Shown one piece after another: positions 39,891 through 41,883 of a DNA stretch of 41,883 nucleotides (the first letter of the stretch is position 1; every line of letters begins with the position of its first letter). The notes under the pieces are model-generated. The model saw nothing but the letters and a program-made list of their open reading frames with translations, was not told the origin of the DNA and ran no database searches. The translations under genes were made by a program, and so were the position numbers. This DNA is from a virus: IMG/VR virus record IMGVR_UViG_3300046492_000081; one strand, given 5' to 3'.

Positions 39891-40592
39891 CTACCGCTCT
39901 TCGGCAATCGCGTCAGCGTAGGAACCCAGCACGGTCATGACCGGCTTCTTGTACTTGACCAGCTCACCGTCATCCGTGGTGAACTCCTCCTGCACAATCT
40001 CAACGCGCACCAGGGCCTCACCCTCAATGCCGTCAAGGGCTTCCTTGACCTCATGCACGGTCTCAGCGAACTGCCACGCCGTAGCAATCCAACGGCCCAC
40101 ACCCAGTTCGTAGCCCAGACCGGCAAGGCGGAAGGTGACCACCACGTTCGGACCAGGGGCCTTGCCCGCGCGGCTCTTCGCCTTGCGCTCCTTGAGAGTG
40201 CCAGTGCAGCCGCACAGCTCACCACGGTCATCCGGCATCAGGGAGCGGACACCATCACACTCATGGATGGGAAGGCCGTTCGGACCCCACTGCATGAACT
40301 TGTCCTCAATGGCGTCAGCGCCGGTAAGCACAAGCTCAACGACAGAAGCGTCAGTCAGGATCTCAAAGTCATGCTCCTTCTCCGGGAACTTGAGCGCCGG
40401 GGTTCCACCCATCAGCTCTGCAATGCCCTTCGCCGTGTCCTCACCGGCTGCCAGTACGCGCCACTTGCCGAGAGAGACCGGCTTGCGCTTCGCATTCTGC
40501 ATGCCAGTGCGGAACTGGTAGGCGTACTCAGGGCGGGCAAACTTCGCCTCGCGCTCTTCGCGCTCCGGGTCGTGAAAGATGCTCTTGTCCAT
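39891..40592 (-). CDS. Hypothetical 233-aa protein; possible recombination or DNA-binding partner of the exonuclease
   Basis: The function is suggested only by its position near the PD-(D/E)XK exonuclease. Contains a CDG...CGC cluster. Confidence 0.6.
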   Translation of the reverse strand: MDKSIFHDPEREEREAKFARPEYAYQFRTGMQNAKRKPVSLGKWRVLAAGEDTAKGIAELMGGTPALKFPEKEHDFEILTDASVVELVLTGADAIEDKFMQWGPNGLPIHECDGVRSLMPDDRGELCGCTGTLKERKAKSRAGKAPGPNVVVTFRLAGLGYELGVGRWIATAWQFAETVHEVKEALDGIEGEALVRVEIVQEEFTTDDGELVKYKKPVMTVLGSYADAIAEER

Positions 40593-40685
40593 GCGGGATC
40601 TCCCCTACTTCGAATGTCTGCGAATCTCAGGGGGAAGGGCGGGAATTTCTCGGCCCTGTGGCCGGTTCTGAAACCGCCGTTCCCC

Positions 40686-40715
40686 CTTCGAAGCTGGTCT
40701 AGGGGGTCGAATGCC
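40686..40715 (-). promoter_or_regulatory. Phage promoter-like motif, copy 10 (full 30-nt form)
   Basis: GGCATTCGACCCCCTAGACCAGCTTCGAAG. Confidence 0.6.
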
Positions 40716-40753
40716 AGCCCCTAGCCGCTGTGTTTCTCGCCTTACAAACGGGG

Positions 40754-40771
40754 TCTAGAGAGTCGAATGCC
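40754..40771 (-). promoter_or_regulatory. Phage promoter-like motif, copy 11 (tandem with copy 10, 56 bp apart)
   Basis: GGCATTCGACTCTCTAGA. Confidence 0.5.
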
Positions 40772-40839
40772 AGCGCCGTAGGCAGGGCCAGAACGCAGAA
40801 AAGCCCCCCAGTCCGTGAGGACCAGGGGGCTTCGCTGTA

Positions 40840-41067
40840 CTACTTCGTGGCAGCCTTCGCGGAGCTGGTAGCCGGGAACACCAGAAGGTATGCCAGGAAC
40901 ACCAGCCAGCCGGACGCGCTGTAGGACAGTGCCGGGATGGCAGGGGCCGCGTTGTGCAGCGCACCAGCAACCAGCATCACGGCCCATGTCTGCAAGCTCA
41001 GCAGGAGCATCGTGCCAAGGAAGAACACGACGAACGCGGCGTAGGCGGCTTTGTTGTCAGCCTTCAA
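40840..41067 (-). CDS. Small membrane protein (75 aa, two TM helices)
   Basis: TTG start at 41067 follows an AAGGAGAG SD. Contains two hydrophobic stretches. Confidence 0.6.
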   Translation of the reverse strand: MKADNKAAYAAFVVFFLGTMLLLSLQTWAVMLVAGALHNAAPAIPALSYSASGWLVFLAYLLVFPATSSAKAATK

Positions 41068-41090
41068 GGGGGTCTCTCCTTTGTTGGGGT

Positions 41091-41120
41091 CTTCGAAGCT
41101 GGTCTAGGGGGTCGAATGCC
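41091..41120 (-). promoter_or_regulatory. Phage promoter-like motif, copy 12 (full 30-nt form; identical to copy 10)
   Basis: GGCATTCGACCCCCTAGACCAGCTTCGAAG; overlaps the exonuclease stop codon. Confidence 0.6.
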
Positions 41121-41883
41121 TAGCCCCGTCGCTCCGTCCCCGTGGTGATGAGCTTGCTACCGGCCAGCGGCTTCCCCAGAACCTTCCGGCTGCCCTCACG
41201 CTCCCAATCAACCGTCTTGCGAAGGTGCAGGAACACCCCGAAGGCAGCGCGCATCTCAGGGGCGTAGACGGGCACCAGGGACCAGCCGTCAGGGGTCACG
41301 TGAAGCACCACAGCGCCATCAAACGCGGGCATGGGCTCTTCGGTACCGTCCGGGTCAATGATGCGGTCAGCGAAGGCGTAAGCGGCCATCTGCAAGGCCA
41401 CGGAAGGCCACACGGACTTAGACGTCTTCCAGTCGGCAATCACGTCCACCCACACGGCGTTACCGCTGACGTTGTCCGGGTCCAGCGCCCACGTGCCATC
41501 GTCGTTGAGCACCACGCGCAACCGTAGCCACGCGTCGAATGAACCGGCGTACTGATAGGTGTCGGACCAGGCCACGTCTTCGGCACGCACAAGGACCGGC
41601 TTCACGGTGGCCATGAACTCAGCGAACATGGCGTGATACGGGACCATGTCCGGGTGCAACCGGCCGATTCGCTGCCCACGCATCATGCGCTCAAACAGGT
41701 CATGGGCCTTGCTGCCAATCTTGCTGCGGTCATTGGTGTACCGCCACGCTGCCCCGGCAACCCACTTCTTAGCGCCGCCCCGGTCCCGGTCCGCCATGCG
41801 CTGTAGGTAGTCAATGCTGTCTAGGGCAAGCTCAGCCGCCATGTTCGCGTACCAACGCGTCAGGAACTTCTTAGGAAGCACGT
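41120..41883 (-). CDS. PD-(D/E)XK (Cas4/RecB-like) exonuclease, C-terminal 254 codons; the N-terminus continues at 128..224 across the junction
   Basis: D...DVIADWKTSK and QMAAY motifs typical of RecB/Cas4-family nucleases. Confidence 0.8.
   Translation of the reverse strand, partial: VLPKKFLTRWYANMAAELALDSIDYLQRMADRDRGGAKKWVAGAAWRYTNDRSKIGSKAHDLFERMMRGQRIGRLHPDMVPYHAMFAEFMATVKPVLVRAEDVAWSDTYQYAGSFDAWLRLRVVLNDDGTWALDPDNVSGNAVWVDVIADWKTSKSVWPSVALQMAAYAFADRIIDPDGTEEPMPAFDGAVVLHVTPDGWSLVPVYAPEMRAAFGVFLHLRKTVDWEREGSRKVLGKPLAGSKLITTGTERRG

Noticed and set aside
255-41120. Reading the promoter motif as a sigma-54 (-24/-12) promoter because of TGGCAT
   Set aside because: The GG-N10-GC spacing is not met (CC or AC where GC is required). 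The presumed hosts (actinobacteria) are not known to use RpoN. The resemblance is limited to the TGGCA pentamer.

Overview
The window is a complete, circularly closed genome of about 41.76 kb. Bases 1-127 are identical to 41757-41883. It belongs to a temperate, high-GC siphovirus of an actinobacterium and has a Streptomyces phiC31-like architecture. All protein genes but one are on the minus strand.

Gene order in minus-strand sense:
- **Regulatory cassette A**, about 255-367.
- **Early/replication operon.** PD-(D/E)XK exonuclease, small genes, HNH, primase-helicase, family A DNA polymerase, ECF-like sigma factor, HNH, ThyX, lipoprotein, dCMP deaminase, small genes.
- **Terminator**, then a 4-gene attP-proximal cassette.
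- **Convergent terminator**, followed by the single plus-strand gene (26620-26949).
- **Candidate attP**, about 26477-26498.
- **Bxb1-type large serine integrase**, a small Zn-ribbon gene and a terminator.
- **Regulatory cassette B**, 24310-24448.
- **tRNA array.** Five tRNAs plus one degenerate tRNA-like element.
- **Late operon.** HNH, TerS, TerL, portal, MuF-like protein, scaffold, major capsid, connectors, major tail, G/G-T chaperones with a GGGAAAC -1 slippery site, tape measure, minor tail proteins, CHAP lysin, two small membrane proteins, dNMP kinase and three unknown genes.

The most interesting signals are regulatory rather than coding:
1. About 12 copies of a non-canonical promoter-like motif (GGCATTCGAC-N12-CTTCGAAG), together with a phage-encoded sigma-like protein.
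2. Sixteen dispersed copies of a palindrome that pairs a perfect Shine-Dalgarno sequence with a copy of the 16S anti-SD sequence.
3. Two paralogous 91-bp inverted-repeat cassettes at the heads of the early and late transcription units.
4. A roughly 530-bp lower-GC non-coding region rich in GTTGC/GCAAC repeats, lying between the polymerase and sigma genes.

All calls come from reading the sequence by eye; no database search was run.
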